Positions 8,686 through 18,271 of a DNA stretch of 64,000 nucleotides are shown here, piece after piece. Location: contig CAZEWH010000002.1 of assembly GCA_964515785.1 (NCBI GenBank), positions 30,182 to 94,181 on the forward strand, written 5' to 3'. The DNA is from an uncultured Gammaproteobacteria bacterium. Its GTDB lineage: Bacteria; Patescibacteriota; Patescibacteriia; UBA1558; GWA2-36-10. The translations under genes and the position numbers were made by a program. Positions within the stretch are counted from its first letter, which is position 1. The number at the start of each line of letters is the position of its first letter. The notes under the pieces were generated by a model. The model saw only the letters and a program-made list of their open reading frames with translations, did not search any database and was not told the DNA's origin.

Positions 8686-9908
8686 AAATTGCTATTATTT
8701 CCAATTTATATTCTCCATTTTTACGGGGAGGAGCAGAAATAATTGCTCAAGTAGAAGCAGAGGGTTTGAAAAAAGCCTGGCAGCATGTTTTTGTAATCAG
8801 TACTCGGCCACGCAATGTAAAGATACATGGCAAATCTATAATCAAGCCAGTTCATAATACTGTATCGCATGATGAAATCAATGAAGTACCAATATGGCGT
8901 TTTACTCCTATTAATATTTTTTATTACCTTAATGACTTCAAACACCCTAGTTTTATTAGATTAATCTGGCATTTGCTAGATACTTTTAATATTTTTTCTT
9001 ATTGGACTGTCAAAAAAATCTTACTAAAGCAAAAACCAGATGTGGTTATTACTCACAACATGATGGGTATTGGATTTTTATTGCCAAAACTTTTTCGTAA
9101 ACTAAAAATAAAACATGTTCATACTTTGCATGATGTGCAGTTAGTAACACCCTCTGGTTTGATTATTAAAGATAAAGAAAATAATCTAGAACATAAATTT
9201 TTTAAATTTATTGGCTATATCAAAACCATGCGTTCACTGATGGGTTCTCCAGATATTATTATTTCGCCGTCCAAGTTTTTATTAGATTTTTATAATAAAA
9301 ATAAATTTTTTCCAAAATCAAAAAAGGTTGTACTGCCCAACCCAATAAAAGATTCACTAAATATTCATAAACAATCTTCTTATAATCTTGAATTAGTTTT
9401 TTTGGGACAAGTCAATAAGTCTAAGGGTGTTTTGGATTTGATAACTAATTTCAAAAAGTTGAAACACAAATATATTCGTTTACATATAGTGGGAGTGGGA
9501 GCGGATCTTGCCAAGGCCAAAAAATTGGCAGGCAAAGACAAGCGAATTATTTGGCATGGTTGGTTGCCAAGTGCTCAACTTTTACCATTACTTGCTAAGA
9601 TGGATGTTTTGATTGTACCTTCCTTGTGCTATGAAAATTCTCCAACTGTTATTTATGAATCATTGAGTCTTGGTGTACCAGTTCTAGCTTCTGATATTGG
9701 CGGAGTAGCTGAACTTATTCAAGAAGGACATAATGGTTGGATTTTCCCAGCTGGAGATTTTGATATTATGAATCAAAAAATAAACAATATTTATAAACAA
9801 CGTGATAAATTAAAAAGTTTGAAAACAAATTGTCAACAATCTGTAGCTAAACATCATATAGATAAATATAGCAAAAAAATATTAGAACTTATCGATGAAA
9901 TTAAATAA
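8682..9908 (+). CDS. GT4 family (group 1) glycosyltransferase
   Basis: ENSPTVIYESLSLGVPVLASDIGGVAELIQEGHNGWIF motif; start overlaps the previous stop by 4 nt. Confidence 0.8.
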   Translation: MKIAIISNLYSPFLRGGAEIIAQVEAEGLKKAWQHVFVISTRPRNVKIHGKSIIKPVHNTVSHDEINEVPIWRFTPINIFYYLNDFKHPSFIRLIWHLLDTFNIFSYWTVKKILLKQKPDVVITHNMMGIGFLLPKLFRKLKIKHVHTLHDVQLVTPSGLIIKDKENNLEHKFFKFIGYIKTMRSLMGSPDIIISPSKFLLDFYNKNKFFPKSKKVVLPNPIKDSLNIHKQSSYNLELVFLGQVNKSKGVLDLITNFKKLKHKYIRLHIVGVGADLAKAKKLAGKDKRIIWHGWLPSAQLLPLLAKMDVLIVPSLCYENSPTVIYESLSLGVPVLASDIGGVAELIQEGHNGWIFPAGDFDIMNQKINNIYKQRDKLKSLKTNCQQSVAKHHIDKYSKKILELIDEIK

Positions 9909-11478
9909 ACACAAAAAATTTAATATTATTATAATTATACTATGTATATTATTTTTTGGCCTATATAGTTTTTTAGTATTATCTACTTGGCTACCAAATT
10001 GGCAAGAATTCCAGCATTTGATATTCAATTGGCCTGATGCAAATGCTAATTATTTTTTTAGTATTATTTTTGCTGAGTACAATATTTTTCAATGGTTAGA
10101 ACCTCTCAATGATTTGACTGACAATTTATTGCATACTCGTAGTATCAATGTAATAGATAATAGTCTGGTACCCATGACTTGGCTACCAGCTATTGCTATT
10201 TGGGGTTGGCTAGCCAAATTATTTGGTAGTTTTGGAGCATTATTTATTACGCCAGCTTTGGCTAGTATTAGCGTATATATAGTTTATAAATTAGTATTTT
10301 ATATATTCAAAGACATACATTTAGCATTTTTAGTAGCTTTATTATTATTGCCACTGGCTCCTTGGCTATATTTTGCCAATATTACTATGCTACCGCATAT
10401 ATTGTTTATTTTTTTATTATTAGCAGGCTGGTTGTTGATAATAAAACATTGGCAAAATAATAAAATTTTATATTGGATCTTAGGTAGTTTATTACTTAGT
10501 TTGGCTGTAGTTGTTAGGCCAACAGAAATAATCTGGTTAGCATTGATTAGTATTTTGATTTTATTATGGCAGCGTCAGCATATTAATTTCAAAAAAATAT
10601 TAATATCTTTATTAATATTTACTTTAATAATAGCCTGGTTCTTGTATTTAAATAAATTTACTTACGGAAGTATATTTAGTTTTGGTTATTTGAATTTACA
10701 AACTGGTGGCACAACCAGTGAGCTGACTAATAGCTGGCTGCCTTTTGGTTTTAATTTCAAATTAATTTTAACAAATTTTTTCAAATATTTTATTAGCTTG
10801 CAAAGCTTTCATTTTACTTTTGCTGTGGCTGGATTTATTTTGATGTGGTTTAAAATAAAAAAAGGCACTCATAATGCCACAACACATATTTGGCAAAAAT
10901 ATTTTAAATTAAGTTTAATAATTTTTGTTGTTATATTATTATTCTATGGATCCTGGGATATTGCAGATCCTTTAGTCAAAGAACTAAATACTATTAGTAT
11001 TTCTTATGTCAGGTATTTTTTGCCTTTGTATATTTGGATCTTGCCTTTGGTAGCTCTAGGTATCAAAGTTTTGTTTTATAATAGAGACAAACTAAATTAT
11101 ACAGCTTATTTGATAATGATAATTGGTTTGAGTATTTTTAGTTTTAAAACTGCTTTTTTTGCAAAGCACGATGGCTTGCTGGCCACTAGAGATAATATAA
11201 ATATTTATTATCAACAATTTGCTGCAGTCAAAGATATTGCTCCGCAAAATTCTGTGATGATTACTGATCGCAGTGACAAAATATTTTTTCCTTATTATAA
11301 AGTCGTAGTTCCTCAAGGAGATTTGCCTTTATTTGAACGCTTAGATAATATTGTAGTATATGCCAATATTTATTATTTTACTGATAAAAAATTTGAAGAC
11401 ATAGATCTTAGCCCATTACAAATCACAGAAGAACATATAATAAATAATAATTTTAAATTATATAAAGTAAGTAAGTAA
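9895..11478 (+). CDS. Polytopic membrane protein, putative GT-C fold glycosyltransferase (PMT/ArnT, GT39/GT83-like)
   Basis: About 12 predicted TM helices in the N-terminal 400 aa plus a C-terminal soluble domain. Sits in a glycosyltransferase operon. Family assignment comes from topology only. Confidence 0.5.
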   Translation: MKLNKHKKFNIIIIILCILFFGLYSFLVLSTWLPNWQEFQHLIFNWPDANANYFFSIIFAEYNIFQWLEPLNDLTDNLLHTRSINVIDNSLVPMTWLPAIAIWGWLAKLFGSFGALFITPALASISVYIVYKLVFYIFKDIHLAFLVALLLLPLAPWLYFANITMLPHILFIFLLLAGWLLIIKHWQNNKILYWILGSLLLSLAVVVRPTEIIWLALISILILLWQRQHINFKKILISLLIFTLIIAWFLYLNKFTYGSIFSFGYLNLQTGGTTSELTNSWLPFGFNFKLILTNFFKYFISLQSFHFTFAVAGFILMWFKIKKGTHNATTHIWQKYFKLSLIIFVVILLFYGSWDIADPLVKELNTISISYVRYFLPLYIWILPLVALGIKVLFYNRDKLNYTAYLIMIIGLSIFSFKTAFFAKHDGLLATRDNINIYYQQFAAVKDIAPQNSVMITDRSDKIFFPYYKVVVPQGDLPLFERLDNIVVYANIYYFTDKKFEDIDLSPLQITEEHIINNNFKLYKVSK

Positions 11479-11488
11479 ATATAAACAT

Positions 11489-11896
11489 ATGGACTGCATT
11501 TTTTGTAAAATAATCAACAAAGAAATTCCAAGCTCAATTATCTATGAAGATGATAATTATTTATGCTTTTTAGATATTGCACCAAATACTAGAGGGCATA
11601 GTTTGGTAATTCCAAAACAACATACAAATAATTTTACTGCTCTAGACAATGATAAAGCTGGTGAGCTTGCTAAAACAGTGCATAAATTGGCCCCACAAAT
11701 TGCCAAAGCTCTAGATGCTGATGGTTATAATTTGGGTCTAAACAACGGCGCTGCAGCTGGTCAGATAGTTGACCATGTACACTGGCATATTATTCCACGT
11801 TATGATGGTGACGATCTCAAACATTGGGGTGCTAATGCCAGCGAAGCTGAAAAACTAGATAAAGTTTTTGATATTTTAAAAAATAAAATAAACTAA
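11489..11896 (+). CDS. HIT family (histidine triad) nucleotide hydrolase/transferase
   Basis: HSLVIPKQH and the HVHWHIIPR histidine-triad motif. Confidence 0.8.
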   Translation: MDCIFCKIINKEIPSSIIYEDDNYLCFLDIAPNTRGHSLVIPKQHTNNFTALDNDKAGELAKTVHKLAPQIAKALDADGYNLGLNNGAAAGQIVDHVHWHIIPRYDGDDLKHWGANASEAEKLDKVFDILKNKIN

Positions 11897-12843
11897 TGAA
11901 TATACTTATCACAGGTGGAGCTGGATTTATCGGCTCTAATTTAATTCATTATCTAGCTGAGAAGTATGAAGATTATAATATTATTAATCTTGATTTATTG
12001 ACTTACGCTGGTAATCCAGATAATTTGAAAGATCTTGAAAAAAATAAAAATTATAAATTTTATAAAAGTGATATAAATAATGAAAAACTAGTTGATGAAA
12101 TTATTAGAAATGATAAAATAGATATTATTATTCATCTAGCAGCAGAATCTCATGTAGATAAATCCATAACAGGTCCTGATCAGTTTATAACTACTAATAT
12201 AATTGGTACACACACTTTACTTAAACTTGCCTTAGTAAATGATAAAATAAGATTTCATCATGTTTCGACAGATGAGGTATTTGGATCTTTAAAAGAAGAT
12301 GATCCAAAGTTTATTGAAAGCTCTGCTTATGATCCGCGTAGTCCTTATTCTGCTTCTAAGGCAGCTTCTGATCATCTGGTACGAGCTTATTATCATACTT
12401 TTGATTTACCAATTACAATTAGTAATTGTTCCAATAATTATGGACCATATCAGCATTTAGAAAAAATGATTCCACTATTTATAAATAATTTATTAAATAA
12501 TAAACAGGTGCCAGTCTATGGCGATGGTCGTAATATCAGAGATTGGCTCTATGTGACAGATCATTGTCGGGCTATTGACTTGATTATTCATAAAGGTAAA
12601 ATAGGTGAGACCTATCTGATAGGCGGAGATAGTGAAATACGTAATATCAAGATTGCCAAAATTTTGGCTGACAAGCTTGGTCATAGTGATAATATGATAG
12701 AATTTGTCAAAGATAGACCTGGTCATGATTGGCGTTATGCTATTGATGCTTCCAAGATAAAAAAAGAACTAGGTTGGGAACCACAAGTAAATTTTGAACA
12801 AGGAATAAATAAAACTATTGAATGGTATAAAAATAATTTATGA
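11896..12843 (+). CDS. rfbB: dTDP-glucose 4,6-dehydratase
   Basis: ILITGGAGFIGSN, YSASKAASDHL (YxxxK), NNYGPYQHLEKMIP, GDGRNIRDWLYVTDH. Classic RmlB signatures. Confidence 0.85.
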   Translation: MNILITGGAGFIGSNLIHYLAEKYEDYNIINLDLLTYAGNPDNLKDLEKNKNYKFYKSDINNEKLVDEIIRNDKIDIIIHLAAESHVDKSITGPDQFITTNIIGTHTLLKLALVNDKIRFHHVSTDEVFGSLKEDDPKFIESSAYDPRSPYSASKAASDHLVRAYYHTFDLPITISNCSNNYGPYQHLEKMIPLFINNLLNNKQVPVYGDGRNIRDWLYVTDHCRAIDLIIHKGKIGETYLIGGDSEIRNIKIAKILADKLGHSDNMIEFVKDRPGHDWRYAIDASKIKKELGWEPQVNFEQGINKTIEWYKNNL

Positions 12844-13673
12844 AAATATTGATAATTGGAAATGGATTTATAGGAGGACGTTGTGCTGCCAAATGGGACA
12901 ATGTAGTTTTGTTTGACAAAATGATAGAAGGTGTAGCTGATATTTTACAATTATTGGATCAACACAAACCAGATGTAGTCCTCAACGCGGCTGGTATAGT
13001 CGGCAAACCAAACGTAGATTGGTGTGAGACACATCCAGTCGAAACTTGGCGCGGCAACACTATTTTGCCTTTACAGATTGCCGAAGCTTGCAAGCAACAT
13101 GACATTTATATGTTACATATTGGGACTGGTTGTATTTTTTATGGCGAAGCACCACATGGTCAGCCCTGGAAAGAAGATGATCTAGCCAATCCTTTGGCTG
13201 TTTATACTCGTTGTAAATACGCAGCTGATTTGGTCCTGTCTACTCTAGATAAGGTCGGGATTGCTAGAATACGTATGCCAATAGATAGTAAGCCACATCC
13301 AGCCAATTTAATAGATAAGTTGGTAGCTTTTGATAAAGTCGTTGATGTAGAAAATAGTGTGACTATTGTTGAGGATATGATAGATGTTTTTTATAGCTTA
13401 TTAGAAGAGCAAGCTTCTGGTATTTTTCATGTCACCAATCCTGGTTCTATCAAACATATGGAAATACTATCTATGTACAAAGAGATTGTAGATCCTCAAC
13501 ATCATAACAAATGGATTTCTGCCAAAGATTTGGTTGAACAAGGTTTAGCTGATAAAACCAGGTCAAATAATATTATGCAATCAACAAATTTGGAGAAATA
13601 TAATATTTCTATGCGTCCAGTTAGAGAAGCTTTGCGTGACACTTTAATCAAATATAAAAATTTTAAGAAGTAG
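12840..13673 (+). CDS. dTDP-4-dehydrorhamnose reductase-like (RmlD family) NAD(P)-dependent 4-ketoreductase
   Basis: GNGFIGG glycine motif, YTRCKYAAD (YxxxK), 277 aa, translationally coupled after rfbB. Substrate stereochemistry is uncertain because no rmlC is in the window. Confidence 0.55.
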   Translation: MKILIIGNGFIGGRCAAKWDNVVLFDKMIEGVADILQLLDQHKPDVVLNAAGIVGKPNVDWCETHPVETWRGNTILPLQIAEACKQHDIYMLHIGTGCIFYGEAPHGQPWKEDDLANPLAVYTRCKYAADLVLSTLDKVGIARIRMPIDSKPHPANLIDKLVAFDKVVDVENSVTIVEDMIDVFYSLLEEQASGIFHVTNPGSIKHMEILSMYKEIVDPQHHNKWISAKDLVEQGLADKTRSNNIMQSTNLEKYNISMRPVREALRDTLIKYKNFKK

Positions 13674-13721
13674 TTTTATTATGCCGTTCCGCCGAAGGCG
13701 GAACGGCTAACACACACTTTT

Positions 13722-14450
13722 ATGAAAGGAATTATTTTAGCAGGTGGAGCTGGTACTAGATTGCATCCCTTGACTCGCGTGACTAGCAAACAATTATTAC
13801 CGATCTATGATCAGCCGATGATTTATTATCCTTTACAGACTTTGATTCAAGGAGGTATTTCAGATATTTTGATAATTTCTGATCCAGTCAATATTGGTAA
13901 TTTTGTAAAATTACTAGGCAGTGGTAGAGAATTTGATGTCAAAATAAGTTATGAAATTCAAGATAAACCAGAAGGTCTAGCTCAAGCTTTTTTGATCGGT
14001 GAAAATTTTATTGGATCAGATAATGTTACTATGATTTTGGGTGACAATCTTTTTGTAGGAGATGGAGAGTTTTTGAAACAAGCTATTGTTAGTTTTCAAG
14101 ATGGTGCTAGAATTTTTGCTAAACAAGTAAAAGACCCACATCGTTTTGGTGTAGTAGAGTTTGATGCCAACAAACAAGCAATTAGTATTGAAGAAAAACC
14201 AGATAAGCCAAAGAGTAATTATGCTGTAACGGGTCTTTATATTTATGATAATTCTGTAATAAATAAATCTAAAAATCTCAAACCCTCAAGTAGAGGAGAG
14301 TTGGAAATTACTGATATAAATAATTTGTATTTACAAGAGGCCAAGCTTAATGTTGCAATTTATGAAAATTATTGGTTGGATACTGGGACTTTTGATGCTT
14401 TATTGGAAGCTAGTAACAAAATTGCTAATTTAAAAAATGAACAAAAATAA
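13722..14450 (+). CDS. rfbA: Glucose-1-phosphate thymidylyltransferase
   Basis: [18 protein letters not shown] ... [17 protein letters not shown]-terminal nucleotidyltransferase signature. Confidence 0.8.
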   Translation: MKGIILAGGAGTRLHPLTRVTSKQLLPIYDQPMIYYPLQTLIQGGISDILIISDPVNIGNFVKLLGSGREFDVKISYEIQDKPEGLAQAFLIGENFIGSDNVTMILGDNLFVGDGEFLKQAIVSFQDGARIFAKQVKDPHRFGVVEFDANKQAISIEEKPDKPKSNYAVTGLYIYDNSVINKSKNLKPSSRGELEITDINNLYLQEAKLNVAIYENYWLDTGTFDALLEASNKIANLKNEQK

Positions 14451-14673
14451 TTTAGATAAATTAAATAAAATACTGGACGAAGTTCGTCCAGCTTTACAGC
14501 GAGATGGAGGAGATTTGGATCTAGTAGAATTTGATCAAGACAATGGTATTGTCAAGATTCATTTTACTGGTGCTTGTGCTCAATGTCCTTTGGCTGATGT
14601 GACTCTACATCAGTTGATAGAACAACAGATCAAAGAACAGATGCCAGATGTCAAACAAGTCATGGCAGTCTAA
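14437..14673 (+). CDS. NifU-like (Nfu) Fe-S cluster scaffold domain protein
   Basis: [17 protein letters not shown] ... [11 protein letters not shown] (CxxC) NifU C-terminal domain; overlaps the rfbA stop. Confidence 0.75.
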   Translation: MNKNNLDKLNKILDEVRPALQRDGGDLDLVEFDQDNGIVKIHFTGACAQCPLADVTLHQLIEQQIKEQMPDVKQVMAV

Positions 14674-15614
14674 GATTGCTTTTTCATCCAGTCAATTGTA
14701 AATTTTAGACCTTGAACAAAGTCAATGTCTGTTTTGTAATTTAATAATTTTTTAGCTTTGCTTATATCAGCCAGAGAATGTTTGATATCACCAGGTCTTG
14801 GGTTAGACAAAATTGGCTTTATATCTTTTCCTAGAGCTTTATTTATACCAGCTACTAGATCAAGTAAAGAAAAAGCTTGACCACAGGCAATATTGATAGT
14901 TTCGCCTTTACCTACTTTGTCAGAATGCATAGCTAGTATATTTGCTTGGACATTGTTGCTAACATAAGTAAAATCTCGACTCTGAGTACCATCACCAAAG
15001 ATAGTTGGTTGCTGGTCTTCAAGAATAGCTTTTATAAAAAGTGGAATAACAGCAGCATAGTCAGAGACAGGATCTTGTTGAGGACCAAAGACATTAAAAT
15101 ATCTGAGACAAACTGTTTCTATATCATATAGTTCTGCAAAAACTCGGCAGTATTCTTCACCAACAAGTTTGGTAACTGCATAAGGAGATAGAGGGTTGGT
15201 TGTTAAGTCTTCTGATTTATATTTTTCTGATGAGTCACCATAGACAGCTGAAGATGAGGCAAAAACTACTCGCTTTACTTTAGCTAGACGAGCAGCATCC
15301 AAAATATTTATAATACCAGTAGCATTGTTATCATGACTATCTACAGGACTATCTATAGAGCGTGGTACAGATGGCAAGGCAGCTTGATGTAAGACAAAAT
15401 CAATACCAGGCATTATTTTATTTAATAAATCATAATCTGTAATACTGCCTTGTATAAAATTAATCTTATCTTTGATAGTGTCTAAGTTTTTTAGATATCC
15501 AGTGCTCAAGTCATCCAAGATTGTTACTTGATAGCCATCTTTGACAAGTTGGATAGCAATATTGGAGCCAATAAATCCAGCTCCACCGGTTACTAATACA
15601 TGATAATCTTGCAT
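14670..15614 (-). CDS. NAD-dependent epimerase (UDP-glucose/UDP-GlcNAc 4-epimerase family, GalE/WbpP-like)
   Basis: VLVTGGAGFIGSN, YAVTKLVGEEY (YxxxK), 314 aa. Convergent with the end of glycan locus A. Confidence 0.75.
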   Translation of the reverse strand: MQDYHVLVTGGAGFIGSNIAIQLVKDGYQVTILDDLSTGYLKNLDTIKDKINFIQGSITDYDLLNKIMPGIDFVLHQAALPSVPRSIDSPVDSHDNNATGIINILDAARLAKVKRVVFASSSAVYGDSSEKYKSEDLTTNPLSPYAVTKLVGEEYCRVFAELYDIETVCLRYFNVFGPQQDPVSDYAAVIPLFIKAILEDQQPTIFGDGTQSRDFTYVSNNVQANILAMHSDKVGKGETINIACGQAFSLLDLVAGINKALGKDIKPILSNPRPGDIKHSLADISKAKKLLNYKTDIDFVQGLKFTIDWMKKQS

Positions 15615-15638
15615 TTGTCTTTTATTTTATATAATTAA

Positions 15639-15914
15639 GTGATATCATTATTATGTTGCTTTATTAAATTTTTGTCAATTAAAATTATGAAAAAATTAAT
15701 TACTAGTCAGTTTATTATTTTGCTATTAGGCACTTTGTTTGCCTGGGGAAATTTTGCTTATGAATTATTTATTTGGTTACAAGACAAAAATTCAGAGTTA
15801 GGCTGTACTCCTGGGATTACCAATCCGTTTTTAACACCTTGTTTTTTTGGAGCCTTATTTTTTACAGCTGCTTTTGTGTTTAGTGCTATAATACTCAAAA
15901 AATATAAGAAATAA
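15639..15914 (+). CDS. Small membrane protein (91 aa, 3 hydrophobic segments), hypothetical
   Basis: AT-rich; hydrophobic helices; followed by a terminator hairpin. Confidence 0.4.
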   Translation: MISLLCCFIKFLSIKIMKKLITSQFIILLLGTLFAWGNFAYELFIWLQDKNSELGCTPGITNPFLTPCFFGALFFTAAFVFSAIILKKYKK

Positions 15915-15920
15915 AAAGAA

Positions 15921-15946
15921 CCCCTCAAAAGATTTGAGGGGTTATA
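15921..15946. terminator. Bidirectional intrinsic terminator (cccctcaaa-agat-ttgagggg)
   Basis: 8-9 bp GC stem with an A-run upstream and T-rich downstream. Lies between convergent genes 15639..15914(+) and 15950..16723(-). Confidence 0.6.
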
Positions 15947-15949
15947 GAA

Positions 15950-16723
15950 TCAAGAGCGCTGACGAGCAGGTACTAGCTTGAGTAGCTTGACCGAGATCAG
16001 CCAGTAGTTGAGTGCACCCCAGACAGCGCCAATAGTAGCGCCGAGTAGAGGATTGATCGTAAAGTAGCCGATAGCCGCACCAATGGCAGCGTCAATGCCG
16101 CAGAGCAGGCGCAGATCCGAGTGGATCAACTTGAAGAGTGTGACAGTGAACTTGACGGCAAACTTGACGAGCAAGATTGTGCCAAAGAAAATGCCACGTG
16201 GCAGTGAGTAGAAAAAGACGCGAAAAGGATTGCTGTATTTGATCATGGCTTTGAATAATTTGGTGGCGCTTTCATCAGCAGTAGCAAACAGACTACCAAA
16301 AAGTTGGCTAAACAATAAAATGATACATGCTATTGAAATAAGCATGGCTTTGAGTGACATAAACTGCGAGGTAGCTGAGACATCAAAGTCAGACATGATA
16401 TAGCCTAAACCGTATAGCCACATGCAGATTACGAGCATAAGCTGCACACCACGCAGGAAGCTACGCCATTCCTTGATCATGAACTTAAAGTACATAATCA
16501 AGCCACCGAGGCTGTATTTCCAGGTTTCGCGTCTGGCCGTGCGCCAGGCAGTCGGAATATTGCGGATGACCTCTGCAGGATCGTAGGCTAAATAGCCGGC
16601 CAATCCGCCAGCTAACAAGCCGATCCACCAGAAATTGGCAGTGAACTGCAGAGCCACCATAGCCCCGATAAAGGCGCCAGCAAAGACTGCTAGCATGACT
16701 TTAATTACGTTTCGTGTGTGCAC
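15950..16723 (-). CDS. Polytopic membrane protein (257 aa), hypothetical, in a compositionally distinct island
   Basis: GTG start preceded by an AAGGAGG SD. About 50% GC (against ~30% for neighbours). At least 6 hydrophobic helices. No recognisable family. Confidence 0.5.
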   Translation of the reverse strand: MHTRNVIKVMLAVFAGAFIGAMVALQFTANFWWIGLLAGGLAGYLAYDPAEVIRNIPTAWRTARRETWKYSLGGLIMYFKFMIKEWRSFLRGVQLMLVICMWLYGLGYIMSDFDVSATSQFMSLKAMLISIACIILLFSQLFGSLFATADESATKLFKAMIKYSNPFRVFFYSLPRGIFFGTILLVKFAVKFTVTLFKLIHSDLRLLCGIDAAIGAAIGYFTINPLLGATIGAVWGALNYWLISVKLLKLVPARQRS

Positions 16724-16862
16724 AACGTGCCTCCTTTGTGAAAGTACAGATTTCGAACTATGCTGAAATTAACATAATATGCTTATTTTGTCAATTTATA
16801 TAGATTTAGCTGCTCTAGATTTTTTTATTGGATTATGTTAAAATAACTACACATTATCAGCT

Positions 16863-17222
16863 ATGAAGCTACTAAAAACAGCTAAAATATTTTATAAAGA
16901 CAGATTAGCTGCTATTTTGCTTAATATCTCAATTTTGGTTATATTGGCAACTTGGCTGCTTTTTATCTTCTATAAAACAGCCCCAGATCCTTTGACTGCC
17001 TTGCATTACAATATTTATGCTGGGATTGATACTTTGGGTAGCTGGCGTTGGTTATATGTTATTCCAGGTATTGCTTTAGCTATTTCCATCATAGATGTAG
17101 TATTAGCTGTCCTATTTTGGACAAAACAAAGAATGTGGAGTTATTTCTTGTTAATTACTATTTTATTGATAAACGCCGGTGTATTTTATTACTTATATAA
17201 TATTCTTAATTATAATTTCTAA
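16863..17222 (+). CDS. Small membrane protein (119 aa), hypothetical, immediately upstream of and coupled to mraY
   Basis: Three TM segments. Its stop overlaps the mraY start (TAATG). Confidence 0.4.
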   Translation: MKLLKTAKIFYKDRLAAILLNISILVILATWLLFIFYKTAPDPLTALHYNIYAGIDTLGSWRWLYVIPGIALAISIIDVVLAVLFWTKQRMWSYFLLITILLINAGVFYYLYNILNYNF

Positions 17223-18271
17223 TGCCTTATCTTGAAATCATCAAAATATTTGTCCTAACAACCTTTAGCTTTGTGTTAGCTTTTGCTTTGACACCTGCTT
17301 GGACTCATGTTCTCTACAAATACAGATTAGTAAAAAATATTCGTAATGACGGTTCTACACCTTTATTTTCTCGTTTACACAAAGCCAAGGCTGGTACGCC
17401 AGTCATGGGCGGAGTTTTAATCTGGATGACAGTTTTGATTTTGTCTTTGGCGTTTTTCTTTATTTATAAAATTTGGCCTGATTCTTTTCTAGCTACTTTT
17501 AATTTTTTGACTAGAGAAAAAACATTATTACCTCTTGGTGCTTTGATTGCTTCTGCTTTGGTAGGATTACTTGATGATTGGTTCAATGTCAAACGACAGG
17601 GTGGTGGCAAAGGTGGCGGCCTCAATGTCAAGCATCGTTTATTGATTTATACTTTGATTGCTATCTTTGGTGCTTGGTGGTTTTATTTCAAACTTGACTG
17701 GGATATTATTCGTGTACCTTTTGTTGGTGCTTTTAATATGGGTTGGTGGTTTATCCCATTTTTTATTTTTATTTTGGTAGGCACTGCCTTTTCAGTCAAT
17801 GAAGCTGATGGTTTAGATGGTTTAGCTGGTGGCATTGTATTAGCAGCTTTTGCTTCATTTGGAGTGATTGCTTTTATGCAAGGCAATTATAATCTAGCTG
17901 CTTTTTGTGGAGTGATCAGTGGCGCTTTACTGGCATTTTTGTGGTTCAATATTACACCTGCTCGATTTTTTATGGGTGATACAGGATCGATGTCCCTGGG
18001 TATTGCCTTGGGTATTGTAGCTATGCTGACAGGCTATCCTTTATTACTTCCGATTATTGGTTTTTTATTATTATTAGAATCATTATCAGTTATTATTCAA
18101 TTACTTTCCAAAAAATTTCGTAAGAAAAAAGTATTTTTGTCAGCTCCTATTCATCATCATTTTGAAGCCAAGGGTTGGTCTGAAGCTAAGGTAGTTATGC
18201 GTTTTTGGATTATTGCTGCTGTTTTGTCTGTCATGGGTTTGATCATTGCAGTGATTGATCTTAGTTTATGA
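17222..18271 (+). CDS. mraY: Phospho-N-acetylmuramoyl-pentapeptide transferase
   Basis: NEADGLDGLAGG and MGDTGS motifs; 10-TM topology. Confidence 0.9.
   Translation: MPYLEIIKIFVLTTFSFVLAFALTPAWTHVLYKYRLVKNIRNDGSTPLFSRLHKAKAGTPVMGGVLIWMTVLILSLAFFFIYKIWPDSFLATFNFLTREKTLLPLGALIASALVGLLDDWFNVKRQGGGKGGGLNVKHRLLIYTLIAIFGAWWFYFKLDWDIIRVPFVGAFNMGWWFIPFFIFILVGTAFSVNEADGLDGLAGGIVLAAFASFGVIAFMQGNYNLAAFCGVISGALLAFLWFNITPARFFMGDTGSMSLGIALGIVAMLTGYPLLLPIIGFLLLLESLSVIIQLLSKKFRKKKVFLSAPIHHHFEAKGWSEAKVVMRFWIIAAVLSVMGLIIAVIDLSL

Noticed and set aside
8672-8945. Short ORFs 8672..8857(+) and 8721..8945(-) inside the GT4 gene
   Set aside because: They are embedded in a 408-aa ORF with clear GT4 motifs and have no independent signals.
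14946-15131. Plus-strand 61-aa ORF inside the minus-strand epimerase gene
   Set aside because: Antisense to a well-supported SDR epimerase, with no SD or promoter.
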